The position numbers and the translations under genes are program-made. A stretch of 63,877 nt of DNA from Malacoraja senta (Eukaryota). The notes beneath the pieces were generated by a model. It was not told the DNA's origin. It did not search any database and was given only the letters and a program-made list of their open reading frames with translations. The stretch lies in NCBI GenBank assembly GCA_038087875.1, contig CM075994.1:2854124-2918000 (forward strand), given 5' to 3'. How positions within the stretch are numbered: position 1 is the first letter of the stretch; each line of letters begins with the position of its first letter. This document shows, in pieces, positions 12,607 to 26,075 of the stretch.

Positions 12607-13305
12607 TAAAAAGCCTGAAAAAAGGTTCCAAGCCAAACTGTCATCTACCCATTTCACTCCATGGATCCTCCAGCACTTTGTGTTTTGTTTAAAAAGATTT
12701 ACTGGCTTTAATAAGATACAAAAAGGTGCCTCCTGACAATTTTTATCCAACCTTTTTGAGGGAGGGAGATGTGCAGGGGAAGGGGCAGGATGAGCAGTAC
12801 ACTAATTGAAGACTCATCATCAGAGATCACGCAGTCAAGTATCATTGTATTCCTGATGGGTCAGTTCAGTGGGTCTTAACTTGCACCTACAGGGTGATAT
12901 ATATCCATATACAGTACATGAAATATATATGATTTCATGTATATTGCACTAACAGAAGGCTCAACAAGATGGAAAATCTAGGCCTTAATATTATTTACTC
13001 TTAGATGATAAGTTAAACTTTAAAGAAAATATTTTCCCCATCCTTAGCAAGAATTTATGTGTATTTAATTAATTTAATCACATATTCCATTCCCAAATCA
13101 GTTCTGACCTGGTAAGTTAGGTTTATGTAAAACATTTCTATGTTGGAATAGACCCAGGCTCATAGAAACACAACTCTTTATAACTTTAAAAAGTGTAAGA
13201 TTAATGTTCTTCATCCACAAGGTAAATATTACATTTAGCTACACAAAGATAATTTGCAAAGGTATGCTGTTTTTATTTGAAATGTACGTTGATTTTAGCT
13301 AAATA

Positions 13306-13984
<679 letters not shown>

Positions 13985-16569
13985 TATGTAATTATAGTCA
14001 TGGAAATTACAGCACGGAAACAGACATTTCAGCCCACCAGATCCATGCTGGCCATCAGAAACCCGTTTTTACTCCAATCCTATCCAAACCTATTTTATTC
14101 CTCCACATTGCCATTGACAACTAAATTTTATCACATATCAACACATTTACAGTGGCCAATTAGTCTTGTTAATTAGTGATTTCGAGCTGTTAGGAAATAT
14201 TTTCTGAAAAGAGACCTTAAATTCTTTAATTGAAACGTATTTCCTTTTTATTTTAAATGTTCCACCATCATTGTGTATTTTGCAAAACTTGTTCTGTCCA
14301 TGTATTTGTCTTCTTCCCTGATCCGTATCTTTCTCAGCTTACCTCGCTCCCTAGTTTTGCTTCCTACTATTTTTGTGATGTTGTCATTTCCATGCCAGCC
14401 ACATAATAGAGAAAATAGATATATCCTTGCACAATATATACCAGTATATAATTGCTGAGCTGTTTTGAACCAGTCCTCGTGGAAATTAATCCAAAGTATT
14501 CAACTCTGAACTACTTGACAGTTTATACGCATAATTACACACGAGGAAGCCCTAACAATGGTAAAATGTACACGTGTACATACATTACTCTTCTAGCACT
14601 GGAAGGAGTACTATTTAAGAAAAATTAAAGCAGCTTTAAATGGAGTATAAATGGTGCAATGCTGTGATATAAACAAATTAACTTTTGTGCCTCATGTTCA
14701 AGGAACATTGTTATGCAAAGAGGTTTTAATTCACTGCCCTGAGGTAAAGCACACTGCTGTTAGGCCTAAACCCTCACGTTGGTAGAAGCCAAATATGTTC
14801 ATTGCCTCAGAGCCAGATCATTCTGCTGGTTCGACACTATTAAAATATGCTGTCATTTTTCAGCTGTAAGCTACCTTTATGAACACTTAAAGATGAAAAA
14901 TATGAGTAAGTGTTCCATTCCAAAGCTATTTTCAAAATACTATATAAAATACATTTCAAAATATATAAGAGGGTATTATAGAGAAAGGGCTAGTCATTGC
15001 ACTACTGATACATTATACAGCTTTACAGCCATTAGTAACTCATTACTTAACACACCTTTCAACAGTCTTTACAAAGAATTTGAATTAGGGACACCAACAG
15101 TTCCCTTGAACTCTCTCCAGTAAACTCCAATCCAAGTATTCCCCATGTCGACTATAATTGCAAACAACAGTAGTCCTTTAAAATTCTCCCCTCCATTCAA
15201 ATGTACTGTAATTCTCCCTTTCACAGAGATGGAGAAAATAAAATGAAGATCCTAACCTATCTAGGACTCCTTCATCAATTATTGAGTTTGTAATTCTGCG
15301 AGGATAGAGGCACTGCTTGTTGGACACAACATAAATCTATTTGAGGAATTAAGTGTTGGTAAATTAACTAGGAGTAGTAACCACAGAATATTAATGTTTA
15401 ACCTTAAAATAGAAGATGCAAAATTGTCCAAAGTCATGTGGTAGCAACTGAAAGATATTCAAGACCACAACCCTTGGACTATTGTTGAGAACTTCATATT
15501 GTAAGGCTTAGATGTGCCTATATGAAGGTGGTAAGTATCAACATGATGTTCTCATAAGAACTATCTTTAAAATTAAATCAAATGAATGGCTACTGATCCT
15601 GTGACATCTCAGCTCCACAGGATGGTAAAGAATCTGAATAACAGAAAACTTCTACATGAACCCAGGCTTTCAAATTTTAAACTGTCAAATAATCCTTGTG
15701 GAATTGCTCAATGCCATTAACCCACTAACATTCAACACAGTGGCTTAACACTAGGAGTTCAAGGGCAAAAAAAAATCCTCAAGAAACACCTCATGGTCAA
15801 TTATACGAAAATGCCAGGCTCAGACTGCCACAGAAAGTTCAGGTATTCATCACGATGTGAAAATCGTGAAAATCAACTACATCCTTGACTGCCAGGAGTA
15901 GAAATCCAATCTCACATGCAACTGCAGACAGATAAATCCCGATGGTGCCTAGACTTGAAACCACTGCCAATATGAGGTTTGTTACTAGTTTCCAAAACTT
16001 TAATCAGCCAACACCCACAGCCATAATCTCCCACCAAAACTTGTATGTACCTCTATAGTGTCACAGACCTAATTGTTGTATGATCTAACTGTCTAGAAGA
16101 GGTCAATGTGGGTCTTTCAAACTAATGTTCTCACTTCTGCTGGATCGGAAGAGCAGAGGTGCTCCCTTGTGCCTTAAAAAAATTAACTGACCACTTCCCA
16201 TTCCCATTACAGAATCTTCTAACTGCAAGTCTGTACCACTATGTTCTGGAGACCATTCCTATAGTCCCTGGTTGCAGCTACCTGATATCAAAATCCCACA
16301 GCTTCCTATCAGACTGACAGTGAATTAGCTGAGTATTGAGCAACATATAGTGAGGCAACAACATGAGGATCAAAAGAGACTTCATGTCCCTGCTCTCTCC
16401 CACTATTCTGTCTACTCCTGGGCTAGTGAACTGTTCTTGACCCCTTACAAAACTGGACTCCTGATGATGAATAAGCTTAGAAAAAATATTTTTCTCCTCT
16501 GCACGCCTCACTGGGCCAGCTCTCACTGGTACTGGCCGGCCCACTTCAACCTGCACATATAGTTATCCT

Positions 16570-16811
16570 GTAGAAACAAAGAATTGCAGATGCTGGTTAA
16601 TACACAAAAGGACACAAATGCTAGAGTAACTAAGCAGGTCATGCAGCATCTCTGGAGAACATGGATAGGTGACATTTCGGGTCAAGACTCTTCAGACTGA
16701 CAATCTGACTGATATCAATCTGAAGAAAGAACTCGACCCAAAACATCACCCATTCTTTTTTCTCCAGAGATGCAGCCTGACCCACTGAGTTACTCCAGCA
16801 CTTTGTGTCCC
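16570..16811. mobile_element. Palindromic miniature element built from two inverted Penelope terminal repeats
   Basis: Left and right arms are reverse complements; flanked by 11-bp direct repeat ATAGTTATCCT (16559-16569, 16812-16822). Confidence 0.75.
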
Positions 16812-17320
16812 ATAGTTATCCTATTGACCTTATCATACTAACTTGGTCCAAATGTAGACAGCATTATTTTGCTGACCTCAAAATGTCTGGGTTCAACAGC
16901 AAAGCTCAAATGGCAAATGAATATTCAATGGCATACTGAGGAAACTACACCTTATACTTAATGACTAGCAAAGCTTCACCCTCAGCTTTGCTGGCTGTAA
17001 GGATCGTATATGTCTCTGAAACTAGTCAGAGAGTCATACAGATTGGAAACAGGCCTTTTAGTCCACTGTGTCTATGCTGATCATTAAGTACCCATTTACA
17101 ACAATCCCATTATATTCTCCCCATGTTTACTCCATTCCCTTACCACTCATCTACATACTTGGGGTAATTGGAGTATGCAACTAACCTAGAAAATGGAATG
17201 TCTTTGGGATGTGGAAGGAAAGCAGGAAGGTTGGAAGAAAGCTATATGGTCACTGGGAGAATGTGCACACTCCACATTGGAGATCAGTATTGCATCCAGG
17301 TCGGTGAGGCAGCAGCACTC

Positions 17321-18063
17321 TTAGGTTCGCCGCGCCTTTTCCCCGGTCAAGTTGTCCGCATGCAGACCCCTTCCGGTCACTCCAAGCTCGCTACCATCAT
17401 CGGCTCTGCGGGGTCGCCCAGGTCTTATCTCGTCGACCATGCGGGAACCATTTACCGACGGTCTCGCCAGCACCTTCGGCTCGTCAACGAGCCGCGGCCG
17501 CCTGCCGCGGACCCCTTTGCTCCCCCACTGCAGTTTCCACGTCCGGGCGATGCTCTGCCCGTCCTTCCTAACATGCAACGGTCTACACCACCTCAACTCC
17601 TTCCGTCCCACCCCACTCCGGCTAGACCTCCCTCGCCTGCCCACGCTCTGCCCGCTCCTGATCCCGCATCACCTCCGGTTCTGGTGCCGCGGTCTTCTCC
17701 GTCTCCTCCCGTTTCCCCCTTTCCGGTTTGTCTGTCCCCCGGTCGGGACGTGTTGTCAAACCGCCTGTCCGCTATGGCGATTTTGTGTAACCGTCCTAGC
17801 GCATGAGCCGTGGTCGCCCTGTCACTATTGTATTTGCCTGTCGTTTCCAAGGGGAAGGATGTAGATGATATATGCATGTACCTTTAATATAGTGACCTCA
17901 TCACTACTAACCACTCCCCATATCACAAGTATAACTGCAATCTCCCCACCCACAGATCGCTCTCTAGTTCCTGTGACAGACCACGTACAGCTAGTGCAAT
18001 ATGTAAAGCTCCAGTATGAATAAAGATAGTAAAGTAACGATGTGTCGTTAGAGCCTCTTTACA
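17321..18063 (+). mobile_element. Gypsy/Ty3 LTR retrotransposon 3' fragment (integrase C-terminus, PPT, 3' LTR)
   Basis: PGQVVRMQ...PRSYLVDHAGTIYRRSRQHLR; polypurine tract AAGGGGAAGGA 17849-17859; LTR TGTA...TACA 17860-18063 containing AATAAA; interrupts a minus-strand SINE. Confidence 0.8.
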
Positions 18064-18529
18064 CCACTGTACTAGCCAGGAAATATTAAGTGACTAAGTT
18101 AAAAAAATTAAATTGTTGAACTGTTTTAAAAGATAAAATGAACCAAAACACTAAGAATACACTTTAAGATAACTAAAAGCATTAAATGTAATTGAAATTA
18201 TTAAAAATAAACACATTTTCCTTCTCTATAGCCCCACAATTTCCTCAGTATCCTAAGGAAGTGGAGACTGAGAACATTTGGCATGTCTCCAATACCTCTT
18301 ACAGACTTCTACAGATGCACCTGAGAAAGCACACTGTCATGTTGCATCAACCTGATGGTTTGGCTTGGGAACAGATCTGCTCAGGACTGCAAGAAAGTCC
18401 AGAGAGTTGTGGATGTAGCCCATTCCATCATACAGACCAGACTCCCCACCATTGACTTCACCTACACTTCACAATGCCTCAGAAAAGCAACCAACATAAT
18501 CAAAGTCTTGCCCAACCCAGTCATTCCTT

Positions 18530-18596
18530 GGCCCAATAGCAGAAGCGTCCACGTCGCGGGGCTGGAAACTGGAAGTATCCCAAGCTAATTCTGCTA
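18530..18596 (+). ncRNA. HDV-like (CPEB3-type) self-cleaving ribozyme fold
   Basis: P1 GGCCC/GGGCT (G1-U wobble), P2 TAGCAGAA/TTCTGCTA, P3 GCG/CGC, L3 TCCACGT, P1.1 CC/GG, P4 CTGGAAG-TA-TCCCAAG (imperfect), J4/2 CTAA with catalytic C at 18585. Confidence 0.8.
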
Positions 18597-18722
18597 CCAC
18601 CATCATCTATTGCAAGAAGTGAAGACTCCCACTGATTGTCGCTGACAGCTTGCGTCCTTTTCAGGACGGACGATGACAGCGATGTCAACATTTGAAATAT
18701 AGAAGATGGATACAAAAGAAGA
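18530..18722 (+). mobile_element. Short non-autonomous retroelement with 5' HDV-like ribozyme and (GAA)n tail
   Basis: 11-bp TSD AGTCATTCCTT (18519-18529, 18723-18733); 3' tail aaaagaagaa; ribozyme fold starts at the first base. Confidence 0.8.
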
Positions 18723-20827
18723 AGTCATTCCTTCTTCCCACTCCCATCATGCAGAAGATACGGAAACTTAAAAGTGTGCACCACCAGTCTCAAAACAGCT
18801 TCTTCCCTTCTGTTATCAGGCTTCTGAACAATCCTACCATAAGCTACGGTACTGTCCAATTCACCTCTACCTCATTACGGACATTGAACTTTATCTATGG
18901 AATAGGTGTACTACAATGCTGAAACAATATTCTGTACACTGTATATTCCTCTTAGCTCTACCTAGTGTGTTTGAGCTTGACGATTGTATTTATATATAGT
19001 GTTATCTTATTTTATTGGATAGCAGGCAAAACAAAGCTTGTACAATAAACCTAAACCTAAATATCCATTATATCAATGGAGGTGCAAATCTTAATCCGTC
19101 TAATTTGTAATTTAGAATAAGAACTGGCACATTTTTTTGCTTTGAAGTATGTCTAATCCTGGATCCAAGAGCCAATTCATCACTATAAACGCTGGGGAAT
19201 CTCCATAAAATTGAGCCGTTGCCACTGGATTCTATGGGAAGTCCTGCTGTGGAAGATCTTGAAAGATGTTGCTCAGTAGTTCTGGACTTCTGCATTTGAC
19301 TATAAACACAAGGAAGTCCTGGATTTGCTTCCACTTAACCAGGTAAAACTCGGCAGTCCTGTCCAGACCACTGCTATTCTTTGAAGAGCAGATTATATGA
19401 ATATTGAATCAACTCAAAGCAATGCAAAGGATTTCTCTAGCTATCAATGCTAAATTGATAGTTAATCAAATTTGCCATAACCAGTCAAGCACTAGAGCAT
19501 TTATAAGGCGTGGAATCAAGTTAGATAACTAGGGCTAAAATACAAAACACATCATCTAATTGAATTAACAGGCTTGAGAGTCAAATGGCCTTCTCTCACA
19601 GTAATATTAAAGATTCAAATTTTCTATTATTTTCCAGACAAATAGTGACACAGGGAGAAATGTAATTGAATTGCAGCAAATAGCCATGATAAAACACATG
19701 AACGAAGCACAGGTCAAAGATAACAGAGATATGATTGTAAATAATTGAGATATGGATTCTGTGAGAGTTTCTATGCACAGTTGACAAATACTGGTAAAAT
19801 CCTGTTGAGACAACAAATGCTTGCTCAGCATTCCTGTTCTACAGTAGCTAATAGTTCAAAGGAAAATCACTTCTGACAATTGGCAAGGAAGGAGATAAAG
19901 GTGCAGCATCTTACTGTCATATAAACTTCAGGTGGGTTTTGCGGCTGTGATTACTCTTAGCTCATATTTTCCTTTCTTTGTACCACCGTCTCATTGTCAT
20001 CTATATAAAATTTTAGACGTTTCTGGTGCAGAGATGTATATAGCACAGAATAGGAACATAGCAGAAAGAGAACCATCTTACCCTCAGGCATGTTTATTCA
20101 AATCAAATTTAGCTGTTTTATTTTATCCTAATCCCATTTACCTACCATGACTCAATGCTCCCTGACCATTTTGGCAATTTGATTATCAGTCTAAGAGCAT
20201 GTTAGTTCTCTGTCATAAAGTTGTCTGCTAACTGCACCTGGCTATGTTACACCGATCTCCTGACGAAAGGATTCAGGGCAAAGAAAATTCAGGACAATAT
20301 GACAACATATTTGAAACAAAATAGTGTGTTTACTGGAAATATGAAATACAGGTAGAAGATGCTAGAAATACTCATTGTTAAAACATTATGAGCTCATAGA
20401 GTCATACAGAACAGTCTTTTCAGTCCATTCAGTACCATCTGACCATCTCACATTATATTCCATATCTTTTCTCCACACATTCCCATCAACTCCCATCCCT
20501 AGATTCTACCATTCACCTACATTCTGGGGGCAACTTACAATGGCTAATTAACATACCCGTAAGTTGTGAGAACAAGTCAGAACACACAGAGGAAATCCAT
20601 GTAGTCAAAAGTAGAGTGTAAAAACTGCATAGACAAGATTGAATCCAAGGAACTGTGAGCCAGCAGCTCTACTAGCTGCGCCACCGTGAAACACTGAATA
20701 CTTCTAAAATGTTATTCCTTATAAAGCACTAATATCCAACATCTTTAATCATTGTATCAGTTACAGACAGAACTGTCCTGGGAGTGAAACGAGTCTGCCT
20801 TTTTTCATGTAGAAATTTACACATATA

Positions 20828-21406
20828 TTGTACAGAGCCCTAGTGAGACCACACCTGGAGTATTGTGTGCAGTTTTGGTCCCCTAATTTGAGGAAGGACA
20901 TTCTTGCTATTGAGGGAGTGCAGCGTAGGTTTACAAGGTTAATTCCCGGGATGGCGGGACTGTCATATGCTGAGAGAATGGAGCGGCTGGGCTTGTACAC
21001 TCTGGAGTTTAGAAGGATGAGAGGGTATCTCATTGAAACATATAAGATTGTTAAGGGTTTGGACACGCTAGAGGCAGGAAATATATTCCCGATGTTGGGG
21101 GAGTCCAGAACCAGGGGCCACAGTTTAAGAATAAGGAGTAAGCCATTTAGAACGGAGACGAGGAAACACTTTTTCTCACAGAGAGTTGTGAGTCTGTGGA
21201 ATTCTCTGCCTCAGAGGGCGGTGGAGGCAGGTTCTCTGGATGCTTTCAAGAGAGCTAGATAGGGCTCTTAAAAATAGCGGAGTCAGGGGATATGGGGAGA
21301 AGGCAGGAACGAGGTACTGATTGGGGATGATCAGCCATGATCACATTAAATGGCGGTGCTGGCTCGAAGGGCCGAATGGCCTACTCCTGCACCTATTGTC
21401 TATTGT
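20828..21406 (+). mobile_element. CR1-like LINE 3' end
   Basis: [18 protein letters not shown]...[15 protein letters not shown]; (ctattgt)n tail. Confidence 0.95.
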
Positions 21407-21409
21407 CCA

Positions 21410-22882
21410 CTGATGGTAGGTTACACCTCCATCCCCCATCTAGACGGTCTCATGTGCCTCCAGTTCTGCCATGAACAGAGACACAATCAATTTCCCTCTA
21501 CTAACACTCTCCTCCACCTGATGGAACTTGTTCCCACCCTCAACCACTTCTCTTTTGACTCCTCCAACTTTCTTCAAGTGAATCACCCATGGGCACTCGC
21601 ATGAGACCCAGCCATGCCAGTCTTTTTGTTGGTTACGTCAAATAGTCCTTGTTTCATCGCCAACTCTTTCTCCACTACATAGACGACTGCATTGGGGCTG
21701 TCTCCTGCACCCGATCAGAACTAATTTTATTAACTTTACCACCATCTTTCTCCCTGCTCTCAAATTCACTTTGACTATCTCAGACACCTCTCTCCCCTTT
21801 CTTGATCTTTCTGCCTCCATCACAGGGGACAGACTATCAACTGGCATCAACTACTAACCCACCAATTCCCACAATTATCTGGAATATACGTCTTCCCACC
21901 CTGTATCTTGCAAAGATGCTATCCTTGGTTCTCAATTTTTCCGTCTCCGTTAAATCACCTCCCAAGATGAGGTTTTCCATTATATGACATCTGAGATGTC
22001 CTCTTTCTTTTGTAAATGTGGTTTCTCCCCTGCTATCATAGATGGATTGCAGAGACTATTGCATCCACAACTGCTTGGTTCACTCATTCCTTCCAACCCA
22101 AACCACCCCCTCACCCGGTATTTTCCCCTGCAACTGATGAGATGTAACACCTGTCCCCCTATACCTCCTCCCTCACCTCCATCCAGCAGTCCTTCCAGGT
22201 GAGATTCACATGCACCTCATCTACTTTATCCAGTGTATCCTTATGTACATCGGCGAGACCAAGCGTAGACTCAGCGACAATTTTGCCAAACACTTACGCT
22301 CGGTCTGCCAAGGCCTACTTGATCTCCCGGTGGCAAACCATTTTAACTCCCCTTCCCATTCCCAAACTGACTTTTCTGTCCTGGGCCCCCTCTATTACCA
22401 GAGTGAGACTATATGCAAATTAGAGGAACAGCAACTCATATTCCACTTGAATAGTAGCCAATGGTGAGAACATTGAATTCTTCAATGTTTAGCAACTACA
22501 TACCCTCTCCCGCTACCACCCCGTTCTTTTCTGCCCCTCCCTCCTGTGCCCCACCTGGGCACGTCTATTTCTTCCCTCCCCTTCCACCTACATACCTTCC
22601 TCTAGCTTCACAATTTGCAACACTAATCCTTTTCTCACACTTCTGTCTTTTCATCTCTGGCCTTTGCCTAATAATAACCCCCCTCACCTGTCTGCACCTT
22701 TCATTTGTCAACCCCTGCCCCTTCCAGCTTTCTTTCCCCAGCTCCCCACAATCAGTCTGAAGAAGGGTCCTGACCTGAAAGCTCACTTCTCCATGTTCTT
22801 GAGATGCTGTCTGACCTCCTATGTTACTCCAGACTTTGTGTCTTTTTTTTCACACCAGCATCTGCAGTTCCTTATTTCTACT
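21410..22882 (+). mobile_element. Penelope-like element, decayed (RT + GIY-YIG + terminal repeat)
   Basis: LHYIDDC-like RT motif, [36 protein letters not shown]; terminal CTGAAGA...GAAA motif at 22757-22780. Confidence 0.85.
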
Positions 22883-22971
22883 CTCCAATCATTCCTTAAA
22901 AAAACCGAAGTAAACAATACTATGGTGTGCTATTTTCTTCTGCTAAGCTTCCCTATTCCCCTTGTCCTCAC

Positions 22972-23113
22972 CTGCTGTTGCGTATATTCCACTTTCACAA
23001 GTATGGCAGAAGGAGGTTTGCCACATCCACCGTAAAGATATTTTAGATTTGGAAGTGGGAAACAAAAATGTCAAGATAGGCCAACACTGTTATGATGTTT
23101 AGTTCAGGTGAAA
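22972..23113 (-). other. Candidate (probably non-coding) exon of unidentified minus-strand gene
   Basis: Acceptor tttcaactttcag and donor CAG|gtgagg bracket 142 nt of unique sequence; stops in all three frames from the acceptor. Confidence 0.3.
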
Positions 23114-23235
23114 CTGAAAGTTGAAATGAGCATTTTCACATAATATGGTTTGTAAAAAGAACTACAAACTGAAATCTACAAGAGAAAGTTAGGATACTTG
23201 TAAGGTCTCAAACATGTCAAGTCAAGTTGGATCAA

Positions 23236-23440
23236 GGGCAGTCACGGTGGTGCAGCAGTAGAGTTGCTGCCTTACAGCAAAAAGCAGCGCCAGAGACCTG
23301 GGTTCGATCCCGACAACGGGTGCTGTCTGTATGGAGTTTGTACGTTCTCCCTGTGATCTGCGTGGGTTTTCTCCGAGATGTTTGGGTTTCCTCCCACACT
23401 CCAGGTTTGTAGGCTAATTGGCTTGATAAAAAATGTAAAA
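23236..23440 (+). mobile_element. V-SINE-like element (partial)
   Basis: Similar to 141-456. Confidence 0.8.
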
Positions 23441-24829
23441 GTTGTCCAGTATAAAAAATTGTCCAACTTCCAGTGCTGAGTGATGCTCTACCTAGAGTTT
23501 TTCAGCGTACTACATCCAGATCCAGATCCAGAAGTCAAGTTGTGTCGAGTCAAGTCAAATCAAGTTTGGTCTATTGCCATATGCACACTTCTTCATGATT
23601 ATCGACAATAAAGGCATATCTATTACATCTATGTACTGGGCTTAGGACAGGTCATCTGAGGTGATAGTGGCCAGGAATCCCTCCACCACTGTCCCACTAA
23701 TAAAAACTGCACTAAACACCACTTGTTTAATCAAGCCCATGCCATGATCCTGCAAGAGCACAACTTTCACTCTATTCAATAGCTTTTCTCTGATAGCTTT
23801 GCTATTATTTCTTCCACAAATATCTGTTTAATTTCCTTTTGAAAGTGACAATTAAATCTACTCCCCGCAGGCTGACATACCATTTCCCTTGTGACAGTTT
23901 CTCTGCTCTAAAGTGAATAATCCCAATTGCTCCTGTTTATCCACATGACTGAAGTCCCTTATCCCTTAGTGCAGTCTGCTAAGTCATTCCTGCACCCTCT
24001 TTTTGGCCTTCCTATTGTGCTATAATCAGAAGATAGACACAAAATGCTGGAGTAACTTAGCGGGACAGGCAGCATCTCTGGATAGAAGGAATGGGTGACG
24101 TTTCGGGTCGAGACCTTTGCTATAATCACGTGCTATAATCAGAATTGTTTCGAACAATCTAATTGCAATAAACATTGTGCGTTAGTCCACCCAAAACAGT
24201 TGGCCATGGAAACACCTACATTTGTTTTATCCTGGTGTAAGTCACCGGGAGTTTAAAAGTATGACATTCTTTATCTACCAAGCTGCCTGCACTGGAATAC
24301 AAGTGGAAGTCACTAAATGTAAAAGGACATTTCCATTGGCAGAAAAGTACGATTAATCTCTAACTTATCAGAGCAATATAGTTACAATCGGAAGCGTTCT
24401 GGACAGCAGGGAAATTCTGAACAATTCTTTGCAAGGAAAGATAATGATGAGTATTTTTTAAATGTATGGTCATTTATTTTTTAACTTGGATTCAAGATAA
24501 AGTAAAATATCAAATCAAACACGAATTAATTTTCTGCAATCATTCACCAATACACGACTTGAGCTACCTAATATATTACTGACGTGATGCCCTTGTACAA
24601 ATCAAAACTGATCATATACGATATTCGATTGCTTATATACTTCGGAATCAAAATAACCTCCAATCAATGCTTTGCAAAAGAGAGCAATCGAAATGACAGA
24701 GTTACTGTAAAACCACGCATCAAAACGTGGCTTGAGCGCATTGTCTTGCCTTTATTATTTAAAAAACCCTGAGGAAATAAGGTAAAATCAAACAGACGGA
24801 GCAACTGCTGCAGCACAGGTTTACATTAC

Positions 24830-25050
24830 CTTCAGACAATTGGCCGTCCAGTGGATCAAGGGTCGCCATGCGAGCAATGTCTGGTGAGGCCGGTCGGGAG
24901 AGCCGCTGTAAATGAACTGAAGCGAGAGTGGAGGGTGTGCAGCAGTGCGGACAGTAGCGGGGCTCCACTTCCTGGGAATGGAAGGCGCGGTGCACAATGT
25001 ATTCTTGAGAGGTGGACGCGCGCTCTCTATAGGTATGTCACTCAGCTGGG
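24830..25050 (-). promoter_or_regulatory. GC/CpG-rich candidate promoter and first exon of a minus-strand gene
   Basis: Locally CpG-rich, TATA-like CTATAGA near 25030, ATG at 24869 (MATLDPLDGQLSE), donor AAG|gtaatg at 24829/24830. Confidence 0.45.
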
Positions 25051-25599
25051 GAGAATGAGGCGAGCAAGTTGAAATGCTATTGCATTAAGTAGAAACAAGC
25101 AACCACGTATGCTGGTTTACACAAAAGGACACAAAATGCTGGAGTAACTCCAACACTTTGTGTCCTTTTGTTGTTGCATTAACCTGAATTATGAAACCGC
25201 GCGGAAATAATATCCTCCAGTGATCCAGTACTGCAGTGTGCGAATGACACTATTGTTTTTGCACACTTGGAACTGAACTGGTTCACTAAAGCATCGGAAA
25301 GGATGAATCTTGAAGACAAATGTCCTCTTACAAGCTGCCCACAGATTCACAATGCCCTCCTGTAAAATGCAGAGCCTTTCTAAATCTCAAGATTTGTACA
25401 CAACACACCCAGTAGCTCCCCCTTACTTTGCTAGTCACATCCAAAATAGAATACCAGTGGATTAGTCAAATGTGATATTCCTTTACATGAATCTAGGTGG
25501 ACTCTGCTCAGTCCTGTATTTTCTTCAAGGCAGTCTGTAATTTTATCCTTCTTTTTACAGATTTTATCGGTACCAATGAAAGGCTAACAGGTCAGAAGT

Positions 25600-25870
25600 T
25601 ACCTGCTTTCTCACCTCAGGTTCCTATTAAATCTTTCCCCTCTAGCGATCAACTTATGTCATCTGGTTCTTGATTCCTGTACTCTGGGTAAAAGACTGTG
25701 CATTTACCCTATCTATTCCGCTCATGATCTTGTACACCTCTATAAGATCACCCCTCAACCTCCTGCGCTCCAAGGACCAAAGTCCTACCCTGCCTAATCT
25801 CTCTCTAGAGCTCAGGCCCTCGAGTCCAGGCAACATCTTTGTAAATCTTCTCTACACTCTTTCCAGTGTC
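25600..25870 (-). mobile_element. CR1-like LINE 3' fragment
   Basis: [23 protein letters not shown]. Confidence 0.85.
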
Positions 25871-26075
25871 ATCCTCCAGCACTTTACTCCTTATTTTACT
25901 CCTTATTCCTGAAACATAGCATGTAGTGGTGGAGCTGCTGCCTCACAGTGCCAGAGACCTGGGTACAATCCTGACCTGGGGTGCTCTCTGTGTGCAGTTT
26001 CCACGTTCTCCCTATGACCATGTAGGTTCCTCCTGGAGCTCCGGTTTCCTCCCACATCCCAAAGACGTGCACGTA

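Larger units (their letters stand above)
18270..19060 (+). mobile_element. Rex1/Babar LINE 3' fragment, interrupted by a short retroelement
   Basis: WLGNRSAQDCKKVQRVVDVA, NSFFPSVIRLLN; similar to 39960-40620. Confidence 0.75.

Noticed and set aside
19068..19831. Minus-strand ORFs of 63-88 aa
   Set aside because: No recognisable homology or coherent splice boundaries.
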